Source: Bigelowiella natans CCMP2755
Lineage: Eukaryota > Protista > Cercozoa
Assembly (NCBI GenBank): GCA_000320545.1
Contig: ADNK01000855.1
Span: 1-64,000, forward strand
DNA length: 64,000 nucleotides
Direction of reading: 5' to 3'
The notes beneath the pieces are model-generated. The model ran no database searches. It was not told the DNA's origin and saw nothing but the letters and a program-made list of their open reading frames with translations. Every line of letters starts with the position of its first letter. Within the stretch, counting starts at the first letter, position 1. The translations under genes and the position numbers were made by a program. Below are positions 12,909-27,170 of this stretch, piece by piece.

Positions 12909-15801
12909 TCAACATGGATCTTTTATAAAAGGATGCTGCATGCATCCTTCCACGGTAAGTCTTCTTGAAGGGTCCATATGAAACATTTTTTTGAGTAAAT
13001 CTGCAAGTTGAACCAGCTTGTATCTTTCACGTTCCGTGGGTTTATTCAAATGCGGCTTCAGCAACTTCAAAAAGTCCTTTTTGGGTTTCAATAGGTCTTT
13101 CCTGGGTTCTTTCAACTCCTAAGAGATATAAAAGTAAGAAATGGAACTTTCAATTAGATAAACATTACGTACCAGTTTTGATAGAGGATCGACTTTGATT
13201 TGAAGGAAGACCTGGTCTTCATTAAAATGTTTTTCATGGAATTTGCCTTTCTTAATAAAACGTTTTGGAAAGTTGCCATTCAATTCCATATGGAGTTTCA
13301 ACATGCCATTATTAGTCTTTCCCGGGTACAATATGTCCCCTGTGAAAAGCTCGTAGAGTACACAACCAACAGACCATATATCGCTCTGCTCGTCGTACAA
13401 AGTTCCTAAAACTGTTACAAGAAAAAAGAGCGTATTAGTAACTCGTGGTCTAATTATTGTGGGTTAGGAAATATACTCACTGATTTCGGGCGCACGGTAG
13501 AATCTACTGCAGAGGTATGGCGTGATCTCTGCGTCCTTCTTGTATCCGGCAGATCCAAAGTCGCAGAGTTTGATATTGTTGACCTCTTCTTTAACCAAAA
13601 TATTATCCGGCTTTATATCACCATGTACAATCGAGATTTGCTTACATAGCTTCAATGCAAGAAATAATTGCCTGGCGAAGTGTTGTATTGTACTAATATG
13701 AAACCCCTTTTGCCCAAGTTTCCTCAAGTATTCTCTTAAGTTCATGTCCATAGGTTCAAATACCATGCATAAATGCCCCCTATGCTCAAAAGTTGATAGA
13801 AGCCGAACGCAATGCTTCCTGTTCTGGGGATCCTTAGCTGCGAGCAGTTTCAAGAACTCGATCTCTTTCAGTCCTGCTTTGTGCATAGTTTCGTTTCCAC
13901 GAACAATTTTGATTACCAGGCCTCGGTTGTCTACTGCAGTGTCCTGAACTCTCAACACAGAACTGAACACCCCACGTCCCTGATTTTTGGTCACTCTAAA
14001 ACGTTCATTCAGCATATCGCCTGCTCGAAATACATAGTATCCTTCGCTATCTGTGAATTGGTCTACGTCTATAATTCCCTCTAGTTTGCTTGCGGAGGCA
14101 CCCGGTTTAAGCTTTTCTACCTTATCAGAGAATAAATCAAACTCTTCCGCATTTTCCTTCACGTCCTCGCCATTGTCTTTTTTATCCTTCACCTCGACTT
14201 GGCGCTTCGCCTCCCTCACAACTTCAGCACTTTCGGAGTTGCTGGAGGTTGTCTTACTAACTTTTTTTGATGCAAATTTAGCCATAATTGCGGCCCTCTT
14301 CTTTCGACGTTCTTCTGCTAGTTGTTCTGCTGTTTTCTCTTCTTCCTCATCATCAGAAACATAATCATCTCCTGCGGCCTCAACTTGCGCGGCTACTTCC
14401 GCTTGATACCGTTTATCTTCCTCCTCCTGCTTTCGTTTCTCCTCCTCTTTTCGCTTGCGTTCTTCTTCTTCTCTCTCCTTCTTCCTCCGGGAGTCGTCCT
14501 CGTAGCGTGATCGTCTTCCTCGATCACGGTCTCGGCCTCGGTCGCGATCTCTATCCCTGTAATCTCGGTCGCGATCGCGATCCCTATCCCTATCCCTATC
14601 CCTATCTCTTCGACGTCGGGGAGGGGTCTCGCTCCTCCTCCTCCTCGAGGAGCTTGGAGATCTCCTTCTAGGACTAGGAGATCTCCTTCTAGGACTAGGG
14701 GATCTTCTTCTCCGATCCCTCGGTCTACGACGGTCACGTTCCCTTGAATCGTCACGCCTGCGTTCTTTCGAACGCTTCCTTTCCGTTGAATCGTCGCGTC
14801 GGCGACGATCCTCTCGTCGATCTCTCTTATCAGCGTCATCTGAATCATCACGTCTGCGACGATCTTCTCGTCGATCTCGCTTTTCAGTGTCATCATCTGA
14901 GAATATACATTTAGTAGTTCATCAGGATTTTACGAGTCATTGAGCATACTCAGTTCAGTGGTACACATACCACAAAATTATACGCAATGCAGGTCGGGAT
15001 TAGGAGTCAATCGGCGCTTGGATCACAGCCTCTGCGCACCCTTCCGTAGCCACAACAGAATGTTAGAGAGAGAGATTTCGGCTAACCTGCTTCGAGAGAT
15101 TTCTTGTGCGCGATTCCATTCGGAACATCTTCGTCCATCTGAAAAGGTGTTTTAATATATGAGGTGGTATGAGGCGAACTATAAATATCACTTACCTTTT
15201 TTCCAGATGCATCCTCCATTCCTGGTTTCATTTTCTTTCGTGCCTTTTCTTTGCCAACTTCAGGACTACGACTTCTCTTTGCCTTCTTCTTCCCGCTATC
15301 CTCCTTTTTTGACTTTTTCTTTTTCTTCTTCTTGGATTTTACCTGATTTATATACACATTTCAACAAGTTTATTAGATGGAAACACAAAATGATGGGGGA
15401 CTGGCGAGATCAGGGCAAGAAGGTCAGATGTGGAATGGACGAAAAAAGTGCGTAAATCACCAAGCAAGAACACCATCCCTTCAAACCCTAACGTGCGAGC
15501 AATCCTATGGACCATATCTAAACGCTCACAAAACTTATATTCACATTTGGAAGAGGACAAAGCATATAATTTTTTATCGGAATGCATGGGCCGCGGGGTT
15601 TGCTTTACTAACTTTCGCACTCCACTCTCATTTGGATTTATGCATGAAAAGAAGGCTTGCAAAAAAGCAAGGTATAACCTTCATGGTCTTTTTGGATTCA
15701 CGATCTTCACTGGGACCAATGACGCCATCCTCAATCTCTCCGTCCTCTACGGAGACATTGTTGCTGATGGAGGACATCGAGTTGGAGGAGGACCCATTCA
15801 T
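12909..15801 (-). CDS. PRP4: PRP4 kinase (DYRK/CMGC-family splicing kinase) with N-terminal K-rich and RS/RD domains
   Basis: D..GYY motif (DSEGYY), GRGVFSSV, IKIVRGNETMHKAGLKE, HLCMVFE, HGDIKPDN, DFGSA, ITPYLCSRFYRAPE, DIWSVGC.LYELFTG.ILYPGKTNN.ML, final HPFI. EDGEIED occurs near the N-terminus. The start at 15801 is inferred. Confidence 0.92.
14500..14895 (-). repeat. Coding tandem repeats of the PRP4 RS/RD region
   Basis: (tatccc)n, a 21-nt aggactaggagatctccttct repeat, and a degenerate unit of about 60 nt at 14745-14895. Confidence 0.7.
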
Positions 15802-16684
15802 CCTTACAGACTCTAAGATACAGAATGTTCCGTTATCGTATATAAACACATTCCTTTTATGTTCAGGATGTCTTCAACTGGATATATTTACTTCTTATTG
15901 GGTCCTTATTCGATCCTACTTGTAATATATTTTCTACCGAATGGTATGAAATTCGCTTACCACTATGTTTCAGAAAGGCTGGTACACGATAGAATTATAA
16001 TCTGGTCAAAAAGTATTTTTCCACAGGTTTTCGATGAAGTCGCATACAAAATATTACCTAGTATAGTAATCTAAAGTATTCTGGATATCTATTTCAAAGA
16101 TTATAAGTCTGAAAAGCTGGTGAAAAGAAAAAGCACTACCGGGAACGGCTCAGCAGAACAGTATAGCTACAAATAGATCACATGTTTATCGAAATTGTCT
16201 TGTCAATAAGTTAAATAATTGGTATGAAAGGATAAATCTGCAGTTTTATCAGCTTAAAAATATTTCTACAATTTATCATTTTTCCATATAGAAGATCTTA
16301 AAGCTGCACTGCGTGATAGAAGGGGAAAAGGAAAACCAACTGAAAGTTTTCCATAAAGGAGACAAACTATCACAGCCAAATATTTAATTCTATTTTGATC
16401 AGATTTTGAAACATGGTGGTAAAAACTTCGTTAAAGATACTATATATGGTTGTAAATACGGAAATACGCCCTTAAATTTATAACTCAAAATCTGAAAATT
16501 TCTACCAGCAAAGAGAAAGCAAAGAGATCATGAGCGAGGAAGAGTTTATTGAAAACATCGGCTTACTAATATCTACGACATCTACTATCGTTAGAAAATG
16601 CTCAAAATAAACCTCTGCAAATTTTCAAGACGTAGGTTAGAAATGGGTTTCAATTTATTACATAGCCTGCTTAAAAATTCGGGA
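15802..16684. promoter_or_regulatory. Putative bidirectional promoter region PRP4/RRP7
   Basis: AT-rich and microsatellite-free, between divergent starts. The same arrangement occurs at 21981-22572, 30400-31284 and 47174-47823. Confidence 0.5.
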
Positions 16685-17472
16685 ATGGCGGACGCGGACG
16701 ACGGCTGGGCCTCTGCCGAGGAATTCAACAATGAACCAGAACCAAGCCATCTACCAACGAAGAGGGAGAAGAAAAAGAAGAGGAAAAAAAGGAAAGGATC
16801 GAAAGGCTTTCATACTCTTCGGATGTGGATGACAGATCCGTCTGAAGGGGAGCAGAAGGCAACAAGAACTCTGTACTTCAAGAGGCATACCAGTACCCAG
16901 CATTCCGGTACTTCAACATTGCTTTCGATGCGACGTTATTGTTATCAGCTAACCAGTATTTTTTTCCGGTTCGAATCGCAGAGGAAGGAGCCAGCGATGC
17001 AGTTGTGTTCGTTCTCAACCTGCCCTGTGATTTTGATAATGCGAACGTCGAGAACGTGTTCTCCGTGTATGGATCAGTTCTCTCCGTCGTCTTCACAGAG
17101 TACCAACGTGTTCCAGGTATACAGCTAGAGATCATGTGTGGTCGACGTCACTAAACAATAACGATATGTTCCAACAGGAATAGCGAGCGACAAGCCAAGG
17201 AACGCCCATGTGACTTTTGAGGATGAGGTATGCAGATGAGAACTGGGAGACATCATGTTTCTTTTGACAATTACTCTGACTATCGGACAACATCATCGCA
17301 GGAATCTATAGACAAGCTAATTTCTGTGAGTGAGCAAGACGTAGTGGCTGCATACGAGCCTCCAAGATTGGGTTGATAGTATTTTCTTAGTCATGATAAT
17401 TTACGTCTGATCAGATTTGGCGCTTGAAAGCAATGCATATACCATATTACCCCCCCCCCCCCCCACACACAC

Positions 17473-17512
<40 letters not shown>

Positions 17513-18200
17513 CTCAGCTACGGGGATGCAGAAGTGGGTGGCGCAGTATTATCACGAGCGTCCCGATGTGAGTAAGCTCCAACAGCAGGTGGGCAGGTTC
17601 ATGGAGGCGTTTGATAGACAAGTCAAGGAGGAAAAGGCAAATTTAGGTAGACTGCATTAAAGGAAGAATGTCTACAGCTGTAAATAGCTCTTCCTCTTCC
17701 TCTCCTCCTCCTCGTAGTTGATAGATTTACTGCAGATGTTACATCACACATTGCTTTTGAGACGTTACCGCATTAATTTTAAAAAGAAACGAAGGAAATT
17801 GATGAAGACGGGTTCGAGCTCGTAAAGAGGAAATCACGGAAACTCAGGGGCTCTGTTCTGCCGATCAGCAGTAAAAACCAACAAATGCCATCGATGAAAC
17901 ATCAACAGCAACACGAAACCACCACGATGTAGAGGAAAACACACTCTATAGAACTCGAGAAGAGAAAGAACGGGGAGAACAACAAATACGAAACACTACG
18001 AGATTTTGGGGTTTGCACCTAACTTAAATCTTGGCATGCACCGATGATTACTAGATGCAAGACCTAAAAAGAAGAAAAAGGCTCCTGTTATTAACTTCTA
18101 CAAAAACCAGAAGCGTGAGCAGCAGGTGAGGGGATGTAACAGTAAGAAATGGAAGAAGAGGATATAATGTGTTCAACCGCATCAATGCTGAGCGATAGAA

Positions 18201-18273
<73 letters not shown>

Positions 18274-18456
18274 CATACAAATGGACTGACGATCGTATAG
18301 ACAAATACATGCCTACTTAGAGAACTAAACACAACGTTGTTCCCGCTGCCATTTGTTATTTAGCAAAAGAAGCTGGCACTGCTCCGGCAGAAGTTTGAGG
18401 AAGACAAGGAGCGAATCGTAGAGATGCGAAAGCAACGAAAGTTTAAGCCGTATTGA
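16685..18456 (+). CDS. RRP7: Ribosomal RNA-processing protein 7 (RRM + RRP7 C-terminal domain)
   Basis: LYFKRH; RRM segment VFVLNLPCDF...VFSVYGSV; GMQKWVAQY...LQQQVGRFMEAFD; IDEDGFELVKRK; NFYKNQKRE; and the diagnostic C-terminus LRQKFEEDKERIVEMRKQRKFKPY*. Confidence 0.92.
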
Positions 18457-19526
18457 TAGCAGCGGTGCGACCTAGAAAGATTTTGTGTAAGGTTGACAGG
18501 CAACTAGAAAGCGGGGGAATAATCCCAAATACCACAATTCGTGCTTTACCGATCGAATCCCCTCACGTGGGCCCGCACATACTTCATTCACTATGCAAAT
18601 ATATAAATACATATGTGCATCGTATATCTCAAAATGATTAACTTATATAATGATTCGATAAATCGTTCTCACTACTAGCTACTTAGATTGTGATGATACA
18701 CCTGCTTTCGGTCTTTATAACTGGCCGAGCTACTGCAGCTTGTGACACCGCTTGCGATGTGCAATTAGAAACCGTACATTCTATCACTGTCCATTTTCGC
18801 GCGAGCGGGCGCGCGCACTCACACGCACACAAGTATGCCACTAGTTACAAAGACTGGAAGAGCTATCTAAGGGTTCTTTTTGCTCACATCGTAACCATGA
18901 ATCTAGTCGCTTAGCCCAATTGCCCCCAGCTAGCTAGCTGGCAATTAGCTCGTACGTAGAAAGTGTGCTAGCTAGCTAAATCAACAAGTCCCCGGCGAAC
19001 TATGGCTATGTGCAACACGGTATGTGCCTTTGATTGCACATAAATGCGAAAAGCTGTCGTTTAGCCGCCAGCATAGCGTCATAGTAGCGCAAGTCAACAG
19101 CATACGGATGTCCTATTTGTCATTCACAGATTACAGCAGCATGATTATATCGCATCGACGCCGAGTGTCAGACGGATGCAACAATGAAATGATTGCACTT
19201 TTTCAATAATCATCCTAATATAGTAGCCATGCAATGCGGCGGCTACAGCGCTGATGTTGTGTATTTGTTAGAGTGTAGACACTGCAGTAGACGCAACCGT
19301 CCAAACCTCAAGCTATGTGCAACCTTACTACATTTCTCTTGCTTGGCGTGTAGATTCTTGCTGGCGGTACACGCAATCATCTGGGCATTGCGGGCTGTAC
19401 TTGGGGTGCAAATTTGTTTGAAGCTTTTATCATAGATATGATTAAGTATATAAATGCACACACATGAACGTGATAGGCATTCAAAGAGCGGTATCTGTGT
19501 TGTTGTACATGACCCCATAGCAGATA

Positions 19527-21980
19527 TCAAGGAAGATCGTCCGCTGTCGCGAAGCTCTCATTGCCTCCTGCTTCTCCACCAGCCTGATCCTTCTCGATAG
19601 TCTGGGGGCTTGCAATATTTTTGTTACGATTTGGAGTCTTCCTAGACGCGTTGTTGTTGTTGTTGTCGTCGTCGTCGTCGTCGTCGTCAAAGCTTCGTGC
19701 GGAGGAGGCAGTAGGGGTCCTAATTACCGGGGGAGGCACCACATCGATAACTCCCTCATCACCTTGCACGTCGTTTTTCGATTCTCCAGCGGCAGTGGCA
19801 GCTGCGGCGCCCGTAGAGCTCGTAGCTCGCGATGACTGTTGCTGGAGAGATCGGCTTCGGTCTTCCAGCTCCATGATTTTCTCACCTGTGGCCAACAGCA
19901 GAAATAGGCATACGGGTTGGGCGTGGCATGACGCGGGGGGGGGGGGGGGGAAAGCAGGGGGGGGAATTCGTGCGTGGCACTTCGACCTCGTTCCTTTAAT
20001 GAATAACTTATAGCGGCATTACGAAGAAATGGGTCGCGCTTTTGAGCTGAGCAATTACCATATCCTTCTCATTTATTTTAACCTGCGACCAATACACATG
20101 CGTTGGTATCACCAGTACTAGCTACCCCCGCACACCACCACCCCTCCTTCGATTCTGGACCATCAACTAGAGAGGTTTTTTTTGCGCTTGGCGTTCTCTT
20201 CTGGTAACAAACAACCACTGAATCAGACATGTTACCTCCGCATTCTTGAGCTGGGCCGTCAGCCTCTTCACTTCGCTCTGCAGCGTGTACAATTGGTGAT
20301 TGCCCGCTCCACCTGCGGCTACTGCTAGGTTCTCTTCGCTACTACTACCAATGCCAACTCCAACGACGCCGACACCGCCTCCCCCCCCCCTATTCCTTGT
20401 GCGGCCGCCGACGTTGTCGTGCATGAAGGTGTCCAATGCGGAAAGCGCATCCTCCAACGACTTGCTCCGCCGGTCCAGTTCCGAACGAAGCTTTTCGTTC
20501 TACGGTAATGGGGTGTGCATGAGGGGGACGCGGTTGTCAGGTCGGTCAGCACACAGGAAAACATTATGTAGAAACCCAACAGAACCATGTAGCATGCCAA
20601 TGACCTCCATTTTCAACTTTTTCACGTCCTGGCCCTGGAATTTCTTCATCATTTTCTGCAGCTCCTTTCGGAGTGTCTGTATGGTAATTCGAAGGGGTTT
20701 GAGACCCTAGCGGTGCTATAAAGAATCCCCTTACCCCTTCCCCTATGTGTATTATCATGACTACTGACACCCAAATCATCTCTTTTTGTCACCTTGCACT
20801 TCTGCATATAGCCGTTCCTCTGCCCTTCGAGGGTGTGCATCTTGCCCTCTGTGGAAGAAATTTTTTCCCCACACTTGGACTCGATTGCCTTTATCCTTCT
20901 TTCGCTGTCTGCTGCCGCCTTGTCAATCTCTGTCTCAAGGCGCTCCTGCAAGTCTTCAATGAGAGCAGCCTGCTCCGTGTGCTGTTCGCGGATGGTTGCT
21001 AATGCCTCATCCTTGGCATGGATCTCGTCCAGCTGCTCCTCAATTCGGCCGCTCAGCTTCACGTTCTCCCCCTCAGTCACACCCACATTCTCCTCTAGTG
21101 CTGCGACTCGACTCTGTGCATCACCAAGCTGTTGTTCCAGCCCCTTTGCACGCTGCTGCGCCTCGTGTAGGGAGGACCGTAGTTCCTTCACTTCCTCCTG
21201 AGTCTTTCGTGCTTCCTCAAACGCGAAACTTTCCGATATCTTCTTCACCTGGGCACCGAGAGAGCGGACCTGCTCCTCAAGCTTCGCGTTCTTACCGCTG
21301 AGAACAGAATTTTGCTGCTCCGCCTATAAACGCAATGAATCACTGCAATGGACGAGTATGCTGCTTGCTCGTGGGGGTTGCATGGCGTGGGTGCAAAGAG
21401 CACCTCGGAAAGAGGCAGGATATCAACAGAACCACGAAGGTTCGAAATACAGAATAAGCCCAAACTAGCCAATTTAATGAAACAAGTTCGATGAAAAGTT
21501 TGTCGTCGTCGTTGTCGTCGTCGGAAGAAACCCCTCCCTCTAAAAATAGATTTGACTAAATAAACTGGCACAGCTTTCACCAGATACCTACCACCACTAC
21601 CTCTTGCTTAGCCATTCTTGCATTCGCAAGGTCCTGAGATATCTTACTTAGTTGATCCATAAGAACCTCATTGTTCTTCTCCATCTCCTGGTAAGACGGA
21701 GCACTACATTAGTACTCGCACGAGCAGAGATGCTAAATGATGTGACGTGTCATGGGGGTGATGAACTGTGTAGTCTACGTAATATGTATTTTTGGCGTAC
21801 GATATTGTTATATGGTGTCATATCATAGCGTAGAGCACGTAAATAAATTCATGAAGCACTTCGTATTAGCGGACAGCAAACGTGGACAGTATTAACCTCC
21901 AAACTCATTCCACTCCCCCCACCCCCCTTGACGGGGCTGGCGACTCCCTTGGCCTCCCTTTTGGAGAAGAATTTCTTCAT
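19527..21980 (-). CDS. Uncharacterised coiled-coil protein
   Basis: Start MKKFFSKREAK, with spliceable heptad-rich exons (ORFs 20649-21248, 20167-20457, 19527-19895) and an acidic low-complexity tail. No recognisable catalytic domain. Confidence 0.75.
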
Positions 21981-22572
21981 ATCCAAGCCGAGGGTTGTAA
22001 AAGGATCAGGGCAAGGTGTTTGGTTGAATGTTCCTAGCCCAGCCACCCGCCAGGAGGACGGCAGCGAATGCTTTGCCCAAAGAACGTCCTCTTGATGTGT
22101 TCAGTCAGAGAGTGTTCGACGACTCAAAGATCCATCGATTCCAAAAATGGCCTACAATTTATCTCGAGCGGCATCCCTAAATTCACCCCCTCGATGGGGA
22201 TACAGTAATATCTCTCTGCGGTTTGAGCATCTGGGAATGCTACTGTTCTGACAAAAATTCTCGGTTCCGAATTGTGGGCTTTGAGGCGACAGCGTCATGG
22301 AACGCCGTTCATATTTCCTATCGTTTCGGTTAAGGCGGCCGAGATTTTGGCCTAATAATTTGTACGGATTGCAGCCGCAAAAATAAGTCGGAGTCTACAT
22401 GCGCAAAATTATTATCTATTTTCTCGGCTGGAAAATCGGGTTTCCCTCCTCATTTTATGATTTCAAACCATTCGAACACATTGCCGACCTACCTACCACC
22501 TCAAAAGCTTTTAGTTAGCCGGTTTCAAAAAAAGTATGGGTGGAAACGGGTCGGAGCGCAAAGCCTGAGTCC

Positions 22573-23894
22573 ATGAGGCTGCAACGCGTGTTTTTCGTGG
22601 TAGTAGCGCTGCTACTGCAAGTGCGGCAAGGCGATAGCGAATCCAGCAAAAGAGGTGAAAAGGCTCCACTATTCTCTTCTTTAATTTTACGGTAATTTCC
22701 TTTAATCTTACAATGATGCAAACTCCAGGCACTCGGAAACTGCGTCTAAGGAAGCTGAATCGCAGGTATTACTTTCTCCTTTGTCTTGTAAAATTTTTAA
22801 AGTTGGCGAGTCGATATCACTACCTAGCAACGGCGTAGAGTTTGCCTCACGCATGCATTACTGCAGAGAACCTACTCTTCATACATCGGTGCAACTCATT
22901 GACAATGATGAAAGTGTACTTCAGGAAATGAAAAGGTATGCATAAGCAAAACCATATTCCTCCCAATCTTATAGAGTATCTCAATCTTGATTTAATGTTC
23001 TCTGCCTCTCGCAGCGCGTCGTCCTCTGGGCGTTCCATGCTCATGATAAACCAGAATGAGACCATCATGAGGGGGGGAAGGGGCCACACACAAGCTGGAG
23101 ATCACCCGGCTGATCTTCATCAGGTAAAATGAATAATATATACGATAGTAAAGATGTTCTGTTCTCGTTGCAAGGCAAAGTTCCATAGCTATGATTTTAA
23201 CTCACAACAACTTGTACTTGCCCGGCAGGTCGCCATCGCTTTGAAGAATCTTCGTAATTCCCAATATGTGGGTCGGATTGGAATCGGAACACCATTGCAG
23301 TTTGTCGATGTGCGTACCGAATCATTAGGATTTAAAGAGCTCCTCTGATTGATCTCGAGTCTGATTGAACACTGTCGCTTTCTGCTGTGGTTCTTCACCT
23401 TCAGGTGATTTTCGACACAGGCTCCGCCAACCTGTGGATAGCATCTACCAACTGTCACTCACGGTAATTATCAAATGGCGATGGTGATGGTGATAATGAT
23501 GCTGACATTGACGACAATGATTCTTGCGAGATGGTGATATACTGCTATTGATATTGCACAATCAAAAGTATTATCTATAAAGCAGACATCACAGCAATCA
23601 TATGATAGTTGTTGAGCTCTTTGTTCTTGTTGCTCTTCTAGTTCCCCCCTGACATTATCTTCCATCATCTGATCACCGTCATTATGACCCTACGACAGGG
23701 GCTGTCGAATGCATCCTCGATACAATCCCTCGAAGTCGAGCTCGTATGTTCCCTCCGACACGGAGCTGGAGGTAGATTCGCAAGCTTGGCAGTAGTAGGA
23801 GGGAAGAGGAAGAGAGAGGAGGAGAGTTCTGCAAGTGACAGCAACAGCAGGAGCAAGAACAATTTGTAGAAGGGAGAATCGGAATAAGAGTAAG

Positions 23895-23927
<33 letters not shown>

Positions 23928-25368
23928 AAGAAAAGAGGGGGGTTATCATGAGTGAAGTAATCGCTTTCCTTTTCTGTAACCCATTATCATTATTACCCTC
24001 AATGCCGTCAGCATATCCGCATAATCTTGCATGACCGCCACCGTTAATCATCGTCACCATCACAAACTCTTCCCCAGGTCCGCTTCGGGACGGGCGCTGT
24101 CCGCGGAGCAATGGCGAGGGAAACAGTGGCAATCGGTGATCTCAGGCTTCGCAAGCAGGTGGGTGGGGAGGAGCGCGTGTGGAGGGAGATACGAGGGGGA
24201 AGAGGGTAGTCTCGATGCAGCAGCGCAGTGGACAATAGAAGAGCAGAGATGGTGACGATTCGTGTCGTTTCGAAAACAAAAAAGAAGCGCTGCATGCAGC
24301 ACTCGCTCTCCCCCTTATGATCAATTCCTACTGCAAGTCTCTCTTCCCTGCAAAATGGTGTGTTCCCTCGTTGAGATGACGACGCCGCTGAAATGGCTGC
24401 TTCTCTACCGCAGGCGTTCGGGGAAATCCGGGATGAAGAAGGGGGCGTATTCGAGAATATTGGGTTGTGGGTCTATCATTGAGACAGGGGTGGCGAGAGG
24501 AGGCGAATGAATGAATCAACGAGTCAACAAGAGGACGAGGGGGGCAATAGTCGGAAAAAATAAAGATCGTAAAGTTTTCCTCCATGGTTTCCAGCCTTCA
24601 TCCCCACCCCCAAAAATGATGAAAACAACATAATAATGAAGCCACCCTTATCATTCTCCCCCTCCTCGCCATCACAATGATCAGATTCTCTGGCATTCTC
24701 GGGTTGGCTTTCCCGTCGATGTCTACGTTTGGGGTAGAAGATAGCAGCGCTGCTTTTGCGCAACCGCGGCTGGTGTATGTTGATTGTTGACTCGGCGCGG
24801 TGACGGTGATGATGCTGGTGACGCTGACGATGATGGTCATCATGATGCATTCTCAGGTCAAACCGACGTTCGATCATCTCTTGGAGAAAAAGTAGTTGTA
24901 GTAGTAGCAGTTGTAGTAAAAGTAACATGCTGTGGTCCTCCTGTATGCTGGCCCTCCGTCCTCTCCCCCTCCTCCTCCTCCTCCTCCTCCTCCTCCTCCT
25001 CCTCTTCCTCTTCCTCTTCCTACACCCGCCACTGATCCCTATACCATTACAAATGTAATATGCAAGCTGGCTGGATCTGAGCGCTTTCTCCTTCTACTAC
25101 TCGGACTTCCCTCACCAGGTTCGGTTCGGTTGGTGTTGATTGGTTGATTAGCAAGGAGAGAGAAAGAACGAGGGAGAGAGAGAAAGAGAGAAAGAGAGAG
25201 AGAGCGAGAGAGGAAACAAAGGAGGAAATCAAGTTGGCAGGTCAAGGGGGGAAGAGGAAGAAAGGTTGTTGGCGATAAATGCCATCTGGATTATCATCAT
25301 CATCATCATCGTCATCATCATAGTCATCACCATCATTATCATCAATACTATATTTCATAATTTATTTT

Positions 25369-25408
<40 letters not shown>

Positions 25409-26234
25409 AAATCGTCGCATGCTTCTATGCAGGATTCTGCGATATTCTTCGGCCCCCCCGACCCCGACTACTTCCATCCGCCTTTCAAGTGAGTTTTTGG
25501 AGATGGAGAGAAGGGTGCAGAGAGGAGAGAGAGGAGACAGAAGGGGAGAGCAGACGACTTACAGTATTTCATGACCACCTCCAAATAGATATGTTGATGT
25601 CATGGAGGAGCGCTATTGGGCCGCTGCGCTGACGTCCGTGAGGCTCTCCTCGCATCCTGACGTGAATCTCTGCTTCGGCACTTGCAAAGTGGCCATCGAT
25701 ACAGGTGATGCTAACATATTAATGAAAATCATGATGATGATGATGATGATGATGACGACGACGACGACGAGGGAGACAATAGTGACGAGAATTATAAATC
25801 TATAATAACGGTACTATTAGGTACCTCGTTGATCGCTGGTCCTTCGGGGGCGATAAGGCGTCTTTTGAGCCTTTTAGAGCTCGGAGCCTCCTCCTCCTCC
25901 GCCCATCACAGTAACAGCAGCAGTCATTGCCAGGTGGGGACGGGAGAAAACATGCCCATCTTTAACTTTTATCGATCTCCAGGAGATAGGGAACAGAGTT
26001 TGCAGTGATTGACGGACCATGTTTCTTCTTCTTCCTGCTCACCACGTCGTGTGTGTGTGTGTGTGTACATGCCATGCTATGCGTGTATAATCTGTAGGGT
26101 GCAGATGAGATGCCGACGCTCACGTTCGAGCTGGGGGGGAGTGTGCAGCTGGAGTTAGAGCCCAAAGACTATCTGATAGGGCACGGGCCTGGAGGGCCAC
26201 CTACCCTTCTTAAAACACAAGCAAAGTAATGAAG

Positions 26235-26272
<38 letters not shown>

Positions 26273-27170
26273 TAGAAATAGTAGTATTGAGTAGTGAATA
26301 GTAGTAGTAGGAGGAGTGGCCGTTGTCGTCGCTACGTGATATTATCTTTGCACAATCTCATCACCATCGTCGTCATCGGCATTATCATCAGTACCATTAC
26401 TATTACAGGTGTCAACCTGGCGTCATGGCGCTGGATGTGCCCCCTCCCCGTGGGCCGCTTTGGGTAACTAGCTACTGCAACTATTGCTGTTGGTTATCAC
26501 ACGCTCCCAAATGCGCTGCATGTGTGCGGTTGTTGTTGCCGTGTGTAATTCAATCTCAAACCATACGATGAGATGTCCCTTATTAATAAATCTATGCTAC
26601 TAATGGTGTGGCACTAGGTTCTTGGAGACGTTTTCCTACGAAAGTAGCAGTTACAGCAGTAGTAGTAGTTGTTGTTGTAGTAGTTGTGGTAGTAGTGAGA
26701 TGGCGAGTTTCAAGCGCTTACTGCATCACCACGTGCATTTATAACTAATGCATAATAACTGCGTGCTGCGTTGTTGCTGTCGTTGTTGTCGTCCTCGTTG
26801 TTGTTGTTGAAGTCTATCAGTTCGTCCTATAGCGAAATAGATGCATAGGGGGAGGGAAGAGAGAAGGGGAAAAAGGCTGTTTATACACAGTACCTATGTC
26901 CATCACAGTGACTGGAATTAATGTGTGACCAAAGGGAAGCTGAGAAACGGCCTTACCCCTTGAGTCAGCACCATGAGTCGCCATCTTATTAGAACCATGT
27001 GCCGCAATCAGACGGCGTCCAGTGCGTGAGATTATTCACCTCCTTATTTTCATGCATCATTTGCCTTCCTTCCGTTGTAACTTCCCAGATACTACACGCT
27101 GTTCGACCGGGAGAAAAACCGCATTGGCTTCGCGTTGGCGAAGCATGATTCAGAAAGGCAATCATCGTAA
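22573..27170 (+). CDS. Secreted pepsin-family (A1) aspartic protease
   Basis: Signal peptide MRLQRVFFVVVALLLQVRQG; LKNLRNSQYVGRIGIGTP; first catalytic motif VIFDTGSANLW; flap VRFGTG; FSGILGLAFP; second catalytic motif [47 protein letters not shown]. Confidence 0.93.

Noticed and set aside
14393-14896. 167-aa ORF with IGIGIG repeats
   Set aside because: Alternative frame of the PRP4 RS/RD exon.
17637-17646. Apparent GC donor in RRP7 (aag|gcaaat)
   Set aside because: The nearby GT donor (ttag|gtagac) gives the correct phase for the next exon.
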